In this document: positions 40,490-52,119 of the stretch, one piece after another
Position numbering within the stretch: position 1 is the stretch's first letter
Layout: the number at the start of each line of letters is the position of its first letter
NCBI GenBank assembly: GCA_012295275.1
Contig: CM022675.1
Location: 15,314,001 to 15,378,000 of the forward strand
DNA: 64,000 bases
Direction of reading: 5' to 3'
Source of the DNA: Chrysomallon squamiferum
Lineage: Eukaryota; Animalia; Mollusca
Notes under the pieces: generated by a model
Told to the model about the DNA's origin: nothing
The model's database searches: none
The model's input: the letters and a program-made list of their open reading frames with translations, nothing else
Position numbers and translations under genes: made by a program

Positions 40490-41100
40490 AGAATTCTGGT
40501 TGTGAAGTACAGTTCTCACTGGAAATGTGTCCAACGTGGACCTTATTGGAGATTTGACAGTGACTGCTGATGGCCACCCTTTCCTCTTGACTACTGATGG
40601 TTATGCAGATAAGATGATGAGTTGCAGGTTATGCAGATAAGAAGGTGCAGGACCTGCAACTTCCAGTGCAGTACAAGGAAGCTCCTCCCATCCAACAGTG
40701 GATCAGCATAGCTGCCGGACTAGCTCTACTACCACAAGACAAAATTCAGGACAGATGGATTGAAACCATGGACTCGACCCCAAATGTTCCTCATGCCGAA
40801 GAGTTCAGTGACTACATGGTCGTCAACTGGATGATAATGATGCTTGCTTCCCCTGCCACTTTGGGACCACCACGAGACCAATAGGCCAAGGACTAACAAC
40901 AATCTGGAAGGATTCCACAACTGGCTCAACAATGCAATGCCCCACTACTACCCTAACATTTATCAATTTGTGGACAGTATCAAGAAGATCGAGTGTGCAG
41001 ATAGAGCCAAGACTTCCCAGACTGACTTCGGAGCCGGTCCTCCATCCCACAAGTGTGTGTGTACAGAGAGATGGAAAACAGACTATTTAGACTCAAGCAT
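40490..41100 (+). mobile_element. Degraded Mutator-like (MULE) transposase remnant
   Basis: Frameshifted fragments QYKEAPPIQQWISIAAGLALLP, FSDYMVVNW, WDHHETNRPRTNNNLEGFHNWLN...PNIYQFVDSIKK. The RTNNxxEGxH..PNIxxF signature is characteristic of the MULE transposase C-terminal region. Confidence 0.82.
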
Positions 41101-41599
41101 CAATTGTAGCAGATGTTTTGTTATGGAAAATGATGTCCCAAACCTTGACGTAAACAGCATATGGGAGGTAATCTTTGTGTGGGTTTGTTATGGAAAATGA
41201 TGTCCTTGACGTAAACAGTATGTATGAAAAACTGCTTTGTTTCACCAATATTTAGCCCCGACGCAACGCCCCGTTATAGCCTAGCCAAAGAAAATGATTC
41301 CGTTCTAGACCGATTCCGAAAGATTAACTCAGTTTGCGCGGGTCCTGTATTCCAATTTTTTGAATCGGTTTAATTACCAACAAAGGTGATACTTGTTGCA
41401 AGCTTCAGTCAGACTGGCAGAGTATACTTGTGATAGCGCTAAGTGGTCACTGTAATTAATTATAACACTGGTAAGTATATATCGTTGCATTGTCGAAATT
41501 TTGTTACCATGCACACGGTAACACGCCACATAATTAATGATTTAATGCAACGACAATCAGTTGTTCCAATCAGTTCAAGTTTCTAAATGCAGTAATGCA

Positions 41600-41736
41600 T
41601 CCTGCTTACAGAAGCGGCTTATACCTCATTTGAAACTGAAAATAAAATTCGTATATAAAGCGCACCGTTATATAAAGTCCGATATGAAAAAAAAGTAGCG
41701 GATTATACTTTATACTTTGTAGTCTGAAAAATACGT
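41600..41736. mobile_element. End of a pogo/Tigger-like element
   Basis: gcggcttatac, tataaagcgcac, gcggattatac and a terminal gaaaaatacg resemble subterminal repeats and the TIR of pogo-type MITEs. Confidence 0.45.
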
Positions 41737-42522
41737 TAATGCAGGTTTTAACAGGTAAATGTAAACCCAACACAATTATAAATCCAGCTGAAATGCTTTA
41801 AAACCTCAGACTTTTTCATTTTTGAAATTTCTGTCTTATAGCAATACGTCACATTAATCACGTCACTGCAGTACACATGGATATAAATAAACATTGCCCC
41901 GTTGCTTTGTGCGCTGGAGGGGGAAACTTCGAGCATTACCTTATATTTCGTATATTACAAAAATAGCGCTGTGTAATATTTGAACGGCCCCTTAGTTTTA
42001 GTTTTAATTTGGGGTTAGGGTTTAGAGCAATGAATAGAGGGGTAAACGTCTCCATGTACTCAGATATTGAATTAGAGAAAAAGTACGGTCAGAAAAAGAT
42101 ACTGAATCACTGTCTTCATCTGCTGATGAACTGGCACAATCTGCTTAGAAAAAAAGAAAATAATAATAATAATAAAAATAAAAATATCTCCATGAATAAA
42201 ACTGCATTTTAAAAGGCCAAAATAAATTACATTAGTATTTTTGTTGCTAGTAATCCTACATGTTTACCACGCAGCTTGGACAAGGCAAAAGTTTTAACTC
42301 TTGACAAACATGTCTAAAAACTGCAAAAACAAAACAAAAACGAAAAACTTTCTTGTGATTGAGTTTGCTTGGAAATGGTTTTGGAAATTTGGATTTGTGG
42401 ACTATTGAAAGTTTTGGAATCGTTATGGAAATTTTGACAGCCTAAAAGTGTTCGAACCCTGAAAAATACCCAAATGTAATTACAAAAAATAAATATATAC
42501 GATACGTAAATAGAGAATCCGA

Positions 42523-42656
42523 AATATATGTGTGTGTATGTGTATATATATACATATGTATATGTATATGTATATATATATGTGTATATGTATAATGTAT
42601 ATGTATATATATATATATATGTATAAATATGTATAAATATGTATATATATATGTAT

Positions 42657-42716
<60 letters not shown>
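42523..42716. repeat. Compound (TA/TG)n-(CA)n microsatellite
   Basis: Direct reading. Confidence 0.95.
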
Positions 42717-43112
42717 GCAAGCTACAAGTAATGGATAAATAACCAAAAATACAGTACCGGGAACTAATGAAATCTTTTTATTCAATAAATCTGATGTTTG
42801 TTTTGCAAGCCACTGAAGATCAGGAAATTGTCAAAGTTGACTAATTCAGAGGACACAAATGTAGGTCCAGCATAGAATCGAAGATTTGTCAATATAGCAG
42901 ATGAAAGAATTATTCACGGAAGTATTTCTAAAGTTTTCAGTGTAACAGTACGTGCAGTGTCAACAAAGGATATAGCTGGTGAAGAAGAATGGCTCACGCA
43001 CGGACCTCTGTGGATTAATTATTTGTACGGAGTACAACAAAAATCCACTCGTCCTTTATGGAAACTACATTCTTCGCTCGTACGTTAATATTTTGCGCAT
43101 TAGTGATTGCTT

Positions 43113-43151
<39 letters not shown>

Positions 43152-44505
43152 CATCTTGAATATATACGCACCAATGTTTGTTTATAAAATTATAATCCAG
43201 CAAATCACCTATCTGTGAAATCAGCCGATGTACATGCAGTCACAAACTCGGTTGCCATCAAATGTTTTAAGTGCTCTCCACTGTGACCTTGACAGATAGC
43301 AAGCTCTAACAACACTACTATGGTTATCAGGAATCTACGTGTAAAAATCATCCCAGTCATAATAATGGGTGAACGACAAGTTTGATACATGGTCGCTAAT
43401 AATCCCAGTAATATTATTAAAACCAAAATTAAGTGTCTGTTGTTTTAAATAATGCATATATATATATTTTTTTTTTAACCAAAATTTTAATTTTACCGCA
43501 CCAGTAATTTTTAAGCTTTTGGCGCGGTGACATTAAATTAAACCTTTTATGAAACGACGTCATCATTAATTAACTGTTTTGCAGCCCACCTGTAATTAAA
43601 AGGCTTTTTCTCACACTGAAATTAAAAATTTCAAAAAAAATAAAATTTGAGACACTCCCTTCGAATAAACGGAAAGCCAAGTGAAGACATTTATTACAAA
43701 CACGGTTATCTCTGAGTACAATTGTTGATAAATTGTATGACAACAAACAAGAAAAACACTTTAACAGATCAAGAATGCATATCACAGACTTGAGGTATTT
43801 AGACATTTACACGTCCATGTGACTTAGAAGAATCAAAGCAAGCAGCTTGAAACAAAACTGCACTGCTGTCGATAAAGGAATTTAATTCAAATAGGTAAGA
43901 ATCAAATATGTTTTTATTTATTTATTATTATTATTATTTTTTTCATCTCTTAGAGTTTTGCATCGTTCCTTTAATTATTATTATTTTCTTCATCAGCTTT
44001 TCCCTCCTTTTTATCGTTTTCTGTTTAATAATTACTAGGCTAGAGGTATACAGTAGACTTAATTTCTACGATCTACTACTTCTCATCTTTTTTCTTTCTT
44101 TTTTCATTTTCTTTGTTGACCTTTTTTTCTACTTTATGGTTTTCATTATAGTTGGTTTTTTCTTGTCGTTTTCGTACTTCATAATTATTATCGTTTTTTT
44201 TTTTTTTTTTTTTTTTTCGTATTCATTATCTTTTTTTAATGATCATCTTCGTCAAAGTCGTCATTTTCTTCTCTTTCGTCATCATTCTTTTCTTTATTAT
44301 CTTAAAATATAAAAACAATAGGAAAAAAAAACAACCTATTTTAGATCTATACTAGTCAACATTTATTTACTACATTTATTTCAGCATTACGATAAAAACA
44401 TCTATCATATTTTATTATTATCTATCATGTTTATTATTATTATTATTATATATTGAAACAAATATTTAATTATTGATTGATTGATTTGTCACTGATTATA
44501 TAAAC

Positions 44506-44508
<3 letters not shown>

Positions 44509-44569
<61 letters not shown>
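44509..44569. repeat. (CT)n microsatellite
   Basis: Direct reading. Similar tracts occur at 47672-47733 and 49262-49320, and an (AG)n tract at 59973-60046. Confidence 0.95.
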
Positions 44570-44572
<3 letters not shown>

Positions 44573-45585
44573 CCAAGACATCATCTGCTTGATGAATAAT
44601 AGTGAAAATGCTGATGAGAACACATTTCCTTTTAAGGAGCAAAGATTGCAAATATATAAAAAAAGTGTTACAATGTTATAATTTTATATAGATTTTTTTC
44701 TTTATCCGTTATGACGTAAGTAAAGGTGAAAAGATCATATTCTGTCTGTGGTTTCCCGCATTAAGCGAAGATAACAAAATAATGGTTAAATGTTGACAGT
44801 ATCATTTTATCGGTGAGAACAAGACTATGAGAATACAGCATATTACGGTCGTGATTTTGCTGTATGTGATTATTACTAGTAACTGACCTCATTACGTTTT
44901 GTGGTAAGTGCATTAACAATGTACCATTCCAAATCAGAATTTGCCTTTTATATCACATTAGATACATTCAACAGTTATTACATCTATTTCCATATAATTT
45001 ATTACTGGCATAAAGATAATTACATTCTTCTGCCTCGTTTATAGGTCCATTCACTTATAGAGTTAAATAAATGCAGCAATACGTTTGTTAATTCTTTAAT
45101 ATCTAACAAAGATTTTATCACATAACTGTTTTCTTACTATAATTCTTTCAGGGTGTTGTATGGTTAAGAGAAAGATAGAGTGAGAGACAGAGAGTGTTTC
45201 CATTTTATTTTTACAGGCAAAGAGGATTGTGTTTACAATAACAAACCTCTAAAAAATACTTATCTTTAAGTGCTTGGCACTGATAAAAATGGAGTAATAA
45301 TAATAATATATATATAAACGATACTTCATTTGAATACATTTAACTATCTCATATTATTATAATTTTTATCTGAAAATTATCATTTACTCAAATATATTAA
45401 CCTATTATAACACTTACTAGTATATTTTTTATAAATAATGTTTACTTTTACACAGTCATAAGTAGCAATATACATACAACAAACAGTATACAACAAACAG
45501 TACATTTTTGACATCTGGAATATATATTCACATAAACATTACAAAACGTTCAAAATTTTCAACAGTTCACTTTGTTTTTGCAGAT

Positions 45586-45945
45586 ATGAAAGCCATGCCG
45601 TGTTTTCTGGTAATGGTCTTAATTTACAATATGGCAGCTGTCTTGGCGGCACCTTCAACAAACATACCAGAATTCGTAGCCCCTTTTGATGTAGCAGACG
45701 ACATGCTGGTGGATGGTATACCATATAAAATGATTCCGCTTCGTTTCCGCAAAGTGGCATTAATTCACGAAAAGCTAACTAAGATGAAGATGGTAGAAAA
45801 ACCTGTCCAGGATTATCTGTTTCCAAGAGAACGATCGGATTTGACTGGATATTGTTTGACCCCGGAATGTGTCAAACTAATGAGCGACTATAACAAATGG
45901 CTGGAAGAGAATGGAGGAGGCGAACCAATTGGTCGTTGGGGATAA
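45586..45945 (+). CDS. Secreted 119-aa precursor, candidate amidated neuropeptide (C-terminal GRW-amide)
   Basis: Acceptor tttgcag| at 45583 lies just before the ATG. Signal peptide MKAMPCFLVMVLIYNMAAVLA; basic sites RFRK and RER; C-terminal SDLTGYCLTPECVKLMSDYNKWLEENGGGEPIGRWG-stop (Gly amide donor). Candidate 5' non-coding exon donors at 43894 (gtaaga) and 44904 (gtaagt). Confidence 0.75.
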   Translation: MKAMPCFLVMVLIYNMAAVLAAPSTNIPEFVAPFDVADDMLVDGIPYKMIPLRFRKVALIHEKLTKMKMVEKPVQDYLFPRERSDLTGYCLTPECVKLMSDYNKWLEENGGGEPIGRWG

Positions 45946-46383
45946 TAAACCTGGAAGTCTGCGTGTAATTTGTAACTGCTCTTATGCAACTGCTGTTTTT
46001 TGTTATTTTCCTACTATTTCTATTTTTACAATTAAAAAAAAAGATGGAAGAAAAATACACCCCCCCAAAAAAAAAAACACAACAACAACAAACAAACAAA
46101 CAAAAATAATGACAAAAATCTAATGAAACTGGATAATACAAAAAAAGGCATACTAAAGCCAAATTGTTGGCTAGTAAAAAAAAGAAAGAAAGAAAAGTTT
46201 GTTTGTTTGTATTAACAACAGATTCAACAATTCTTAAATATTAGACTAATTTTAAGAATATTTTGCTAAAACTGAATAAGCATATTGGTAGTTTTATTTA
46301 ATAAAACAACGATATTTTGATATGTTATTACAAATACTGGACCCAGTCATTTCCCTTCTAAGCTACTAAAGTGAACTCTAGAA

Positions 46384-46652
46384 CAGTGATTTTCAACTAG
46401 TTTGCAGAGAGAGATCACCAGGTCTGCGTGAAAAATTATCCACCTTCACTTAATTAGTCCAAAAAAATATGATTTAGTTAGTGCAAACAATTCTGTGCCT
46501 GCAGTGTAGTGTCAGGCGAAGTAAATAAATAATCTTCCATGACTAAACTGTCATTGTAAATGAACATTTTGTAACACTTTTGTTTGGTGATGTGACTCAG
46601 GATTTGTTAATGTAAAAAAATGCCTTGGCTCAAAAAAGGTTGAAAAACATTG
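46384..46652. mobile_element. hAT (Charlie-like) MITE
   Basis: Termini CAGTGATTTTCAAC / GTTGAAAAACATTG; degenerate 8-bp TSD ctctagaa / atatagaa around a TCTAGA-like target. Confidence 0.7.
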
Positions 46653-46780
46653 ATATAGAAGTCATCAGCAAATCATGCATCAGGATGACAAAATGTGAAA
46701 TCACGGCATTAATGGGTTTTTTCCTTTTTTATTTTTATTTTCTGTTTTTTCTGTTTGTTTCGAATTATCTTTTAATTCAA

Positions 46781-46783
<3 letters not shown>

Positions 46784-46846
<63 letters not shown>

Positions 46847-46888
46847 CATCAACAAGAACAAGAACAACAATAACAATAATAATAATAA
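46784..46888. repeat. (AAT)n/(AAC)n microsatellite
   Basis: Direct reading. Confidence 0.9.
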
Positions 46889-47667
46889 TTGTGTTATTGG
46901 CATTATTAAAAATTCCCTGCTACATTAACATTCGGCATATTACAAATCCAGTTTTATATCTTACCTTAAAGATTCATATTACTGGCCTGAGTAACTTTAA
47001 AATAAATGATGAGAAAGACATGTTTACATTATCAGAATATTTTGTAAACTAATATGAGAATGCTGTATTAACAGCGTTGTAAACTGAAGTTATGTCTAAA
47101 TTAAAGGTCCCCAAAATCTTTAAACTTTCGACCCCTTATAAAACAATGATAATAAGAGGAAGAACAGCTTAATAAAAATATATATGACTATTAAATACTT
47201 AAATTAAATAAAAATTGTTATCTAATTTTTACTGATTACGCCTTTCTGTGCTCAGACTCCAACATGGAAATCCAAATAAAATTATTTTACCACTGTACAA
47301 AGTTTTGGATAATTATCTAAAGTAGTTACATTACTTCAAAAGATCAAATTGAACAACTAGTGATATTCGATCCTCTTCAGTGTCTCTTTCATCCTTAGGA
47401 TTCAAAGTCGACCACTTTGTAGAACCCTAGTCTAACTGCCAGGATCAAAGACAACGATTTATTGCAATTTGATTTATCTGTCAGTAATAGATTCATGAGT
47501 TTTACAAAATTATAAAATTTAAAATAATATAGTAAAATTAATATATATATAATTAAGAAGTGGGTGAAATATATATAATTTTTAGTATTAATTAGTAACT
47601 ACTGTTTAATTTATTATATTTATAAATAAACAAATTCTAATATAGACGAATGATATTTTTCTAAAAT

Positions 47668-47735
<68 letters not shown>

Positions 47736-48193
47736 GCATGTCTCTGTCGTTGTCTGCTTAGAAATGAAAACTAGGATACTTTATAACTGAACATTAAAAT
47801 GATAAGCATAAGTTATTAACCAACAATGGATCTGTTCATACGCGCACACGACACTCGTCTATCCTTTTTTGTTTCGTTAATATTAACTGTTAGAGTTTAA
47901 TAACCTTCTTACAAATCAACAAAAGTCGATCGCTTTGTCAGGAAGTAAACTGAAGTTAACCCGATGGAACACTGTAAACCTCCATATAAAAAAACATTTG
48001 GCAATTTTTAGTTTGACAAACAGACAGATAGATCCATCTCTAGAAAATGTATGTGGGTTTTTTCCCACATACTTGTTTGGTTTACCTTTTAAAAAAAAAA
48101 AAAAATATATATATATCTATAAAGAAAGAAAAAATCTGACAGCTGATTTTAACAGTCTGATGTAGTGAATGAACGGTCACCTCTCTGTACGGG

Positions 48194-48280
48194 TATAAAT
48201 ATGAATACATGGATGTATGCATATACAACATTACCTATTTGATGTTCCGTTGCAACTAGATTCCTATCAAACTGAATTTG
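48194..48280 (+). promoter_or_regulatory. TATA box and short non-coding first exon of the Gly/Tyr-rich gene
   Basis: TATAAATA at 48194; strong donor TTG|GTAAGT at 48280/48281; acceptor ttttcag| at 48522, 7 nt before the ATG. Confidence 0.65.
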
Positions 48281-48529
48281 GTAAGTATATCTGAATTATA
48301 GTTATTTGTTATGTTACTGAAATATAACTGTGAAATAATTTCTGTATGACGTACAAAATATAGAAACTTTAATATGATATCTATGTATATTTAATATGAA
48401 ATGTTTTGAACATGAATTATTTACGTGATACTTTAGTATTTAAAGGCATGCCTCTCTATTATTAATATAATTATTGTTGTTGCTGTTGTTGTATTTAATT
48501 TAATTTAATTTTATATTTTCAGAATTAAT

Positions 48530-49289
48530 ATGGATACTTTACTTCTGTTTCTGTCCTGTATCGTCATTTGCTATGGTTCCAGGCCATATTTCGTTCGCTA
48601 TCCCAGAATGCCATATCCTCGTTATGGAAATCCTTATCGGCAACCATACCCGTATATGTATCGGTATAGGCCGAGCGGTCCTAGCGTAGGTGTTGGTGTG
48701 GGTGTTGGTATTGGCGGTGGTAGTGGTCCAATTAATGGTGGTTCCGGTATCGGTGTAGGAGTTGGCGTTGGTCGTGGTGGCGGACTTCGTCCTGGCGTAG
48801 GAATTGGTGTTGGTGTTGGAGGTTCTGCACTTGGAGGAGGAACCGGTGTTGGTGTTGGTGTTGGTGTCAGTGGCGGAGGTGGTACTGGATACATGTATCC
48901 ACAAACTGCTGCTATTGGAGGTGGAGGAGTTGGTACTGGATACATGTATCCACAAACTGCTGCTATTGGAGGTGGAGGAGGTGGTACTGGATACATGTAT
49001 CCACAAACTGCTGCTATTGGAGGTGGAGGAGGCTATGGTTACGTGTACCCAGTAAACACTGGTTCTACTATTTCTGTTATTGGTTATGGTAGTCCAGGAT
49101 ACGGTGGTTACGGCTACAGACCTAATTACGGCTACGGAGGAGGATTCAGTGGTGGTTTCTACGGCAGACAATACCCAGCTTACTATAATGAAGATATGTT
49201 TGACAGACGTAAGAATTTATTTTATAAAACACACAGACTCACACATACACATGCCATAATTTCTCTCTCTCTCTCTCTCTCTCACTCTC

Positions 49290-49320
<31 letters not shown>

Positions 49321-49764
49321 AGATATATATATAAAGAACAAAAGAAAACAACATACAACAAAAAACCCCACTTCATATCTAAAAGCACATTCATATTAGC
49401 ATACACACCCACGCATCATCATTATTATTATTATTATTATTTCATTAAAATTAAACTGTAAAATTAGGGTTAGGTTTCAGTGTTAATGTGTTTTTTATTT
49501 CAAGCTAAACCTGAGAGTTCTCTCAACAAGATGAGATCTAGTAGACGTATTGTATCTCACATACCACTAGCCGCTGCACCCGCTCCCGCAGTAAACCGCC
49601 CTGCGTCTATAGACATCAGTAATGCAATTGCTGCTTCACCCGTCCCCTTCACTGAGATACCAGAGACAAGTGTGTCGTCAGGTTCTGATCTTATCTCCAT
49701 CGCTGCGGCTAACTCCAGACTGTTTCCAGTGATGAGAAACGGCGTCTGGAAATCAACAGCATAA
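48530..49764 (+). CDS. Secreted Gly/Tyr/Val-rich repetitive structural protein (shell or extracellular matrix type), 312 aa, 2 coding exons
   Basis: Exons 48530-49208 (AGAC|gtaaga, phase 1) and 49505-49764 (ttcaag|CT, in frame). Signal peptide MDTLLLFLSCIVICYG; Y/P/R-rich block; GVGVGVG repeats; 3x GGGGxGTGYMYPQTAAI-like 48-bp units; GYG block; A/S/P-rich tail. Confidence 0.88.
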
Positions 49765-50231
49765 AGCAAATCAACAGTTCCTTGCTCAAAACCGAATAAT
49801 AGTGAAAACAAATAATAAAACTTCATTTGCTTTGAAATTGCCTTCTTTTTTCTTTTTTCTTTCATTCATTCGTTTATTATTGTTATTATTAGTAGTAGGA
49901 GGAGTAAGTAGTATTAGTATGCTATTAGTATTAGAAGCAGTATTATTCAATTGTTTCCTATTAAACTTTCGATTTTCATTTTTAACATTAATTTTAATGC
50001 GTTTTATTGTTTTGTTTTTTAAATAATTAAATACGCTTGGAGAAAACCCTAAAAAAGGTAAACAAAAAATAAAAAATAAAACAAATAAAAATATCAGCGT
50101 AATTAATTTCATATAAAAGTTAACAATTAACAGTTATAATAATAATAATAAGATTTGTGAATCAAGGAAAATAACTTCGTGAGACCTAGTAATCAGCTAT
50201 ACTATTTATGTTAAAATAAATAAATAAATAA

Positions 50232-50274
<43 letters not shown>

Positions 50275-50951
50275 TAAAATAAAATGCCAGTGAAATATCT
50301 TTCCACGGATCAATCTGTCTCATACACACACGCAGGTACGCATGCAAGAACAGAGATTCTTACATGCTTCTAACCCAAACAAGCCAGAAACAAAAAGAAA
50401 ACATAATTTAATTTAATTTTCATAAACAAACTGATACCATTCTGACCATGATGGAGCGCTTAAAACAATGCTTTTAATAAAATACCATAAATAAGTATTA
50501 TAAATAGGTTTTTTTTTTTTTTTTAAATTATCATCATCATCAATTTTTATTTATTCATTTATTTCAAATCTATGTCAGTTCTGATTATTATGCAGAAATA
50601 AATCCTACCAGTACATGACCCTGAGTTAGTGGAAACCTCTCTCTCTCTCTCTCTCTCATTTGATAAATAATAATGATAAGTAATGATAATGTTCCTCCTC
50701 TTTACTATAGTACTAGTTCCACCCTTGATTTGTTTAAGTGCTGAACTAAATCTGTCATTGATTTATAGGTAGATGAAATTATGTTTTAAAAATCAAACCT
50801 TGACTGTACACACTGACCTGTTACATTGAATACAAGAACACTTAAATGCTTTTTTTGTTTTAGACGTTGCCATTTTATGGCTTTAAATTATCACCATAGT
50901 TGCAGTGTAACACCGTTATATATTGTTACCAACGAATGAACAATTAACTTA

Positions 50952-50993
<42 letters not shown>

Positions 50994-52083
50994 AAAAAGA
51001 ATAAAATATTTATGCTAATAATTATTATTATTATTATTATTATTACGTATTTTTTCTTTTTGCACTACACTTTGCCAAAACGAGTTATTCATCGAGTGCG
51101 TGTTTCAGATATAAACATGTGAGTGAATGTGTCTAAAATTTCAACGTACGTTTGTCTGGAAAAATGTTTGGATTGTTTCCTTCTTTCTAGATCTAACATT
51201 ACGACACACACTAAACGCGCAGTCTGACAGAAGCGACGCCCTTTTAAAAGGTCGTCATTAAATGGGAACGATATGACACTTCGTGACCTTTGTCACCGAC
51301 ATTTTCCGCTAGAAGGGGAAGGGCTGTGTTTTATCATTTCTTTTCTGAATTTATATAGGCGTCAGATATTAGAATTTAAAGAGTAATTCCTTGTTTGTGT
51401 TGCATATTTCTGTTCTGAGAAAAAAAGTATCTAATTTTATTTACTTCTGTTTTAAAGAAATCTACAGCGATTAGAAAAGCGAAAATAATGTAATACAAGA
51501 AGAGTTCTGATTTTAATATTTGAATATGTATTGTTTTTTTTCGTGCATAAAAATAACGTTTCTGTATATGTAACAGTTAACAGGTATTAAAATATGATCT
51601 CTGAAAATATTTTGAAAATTAACATTATGTACACAAATGTTGGGTCTGTACTTCAAACTGAAAGATTTTCAAAACAACAGTTATATTGTATGAAACATAA
51701 TTTCACTCCCAAACTTTAGAACTAATATTTTCTCTTCAGCAATGCACAATGCAAAAAAAAAAAAAAAGAAAAAAAAAAGCCAAAACAAGTTAAAAGGATG
51801 AAATATTTCACATCTGCCTGTCAGTTTCTCTGTGTTTGGTTATGTAAATGGCTGTCTATGTAGCACAATGTTAAGTGGGTTTCTGAAAAGGTTTATGTCA
51901 ACATGATGTAACATCGCCTTGTGACCTGTCACGTGATTGGTCTCACGCATGTTAAAATGTTCCATTAACGATTTACTCTTGTGATGTAGTCAGTTAAATA
52001 AAGTAAATGATAAATAATAGACACGTTTCAAGAAATATTTATTGTTTACTTAAAACATTTTACGATACAGCATCCAAACATAA

Positions 52084-52119
<36 letters not shown>

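Noticed and set aside
42314-44312. Long low-complexity ORFs (CV, YI, F/I-rich)
   Set aside because: Products of microsatellites and T-rich tracts lacking stop codons; no coding signal.
45853-45873. CLTPECV similar to the neprilysin/ECE (M13) N-terminal cysteine cluster
   Set aside because: The ORF has a cleavable signal peptide and stops ~25 codons later; no M13 exons or HExxH motif were found downstream.
48539-49171. Minus-strand S/T-rich (210 aa) and Pro-rich (120 aa) ORFs
   Set aside because: Antisense shadows of GGN/GTN codon repeats in the Gly-rich gene.
49209-49399. C-terminal THTH/SLSL part of the 289-aa ORF
   Set aside because: Read-through into an intron of microsatellites after a strong donor at 49209.
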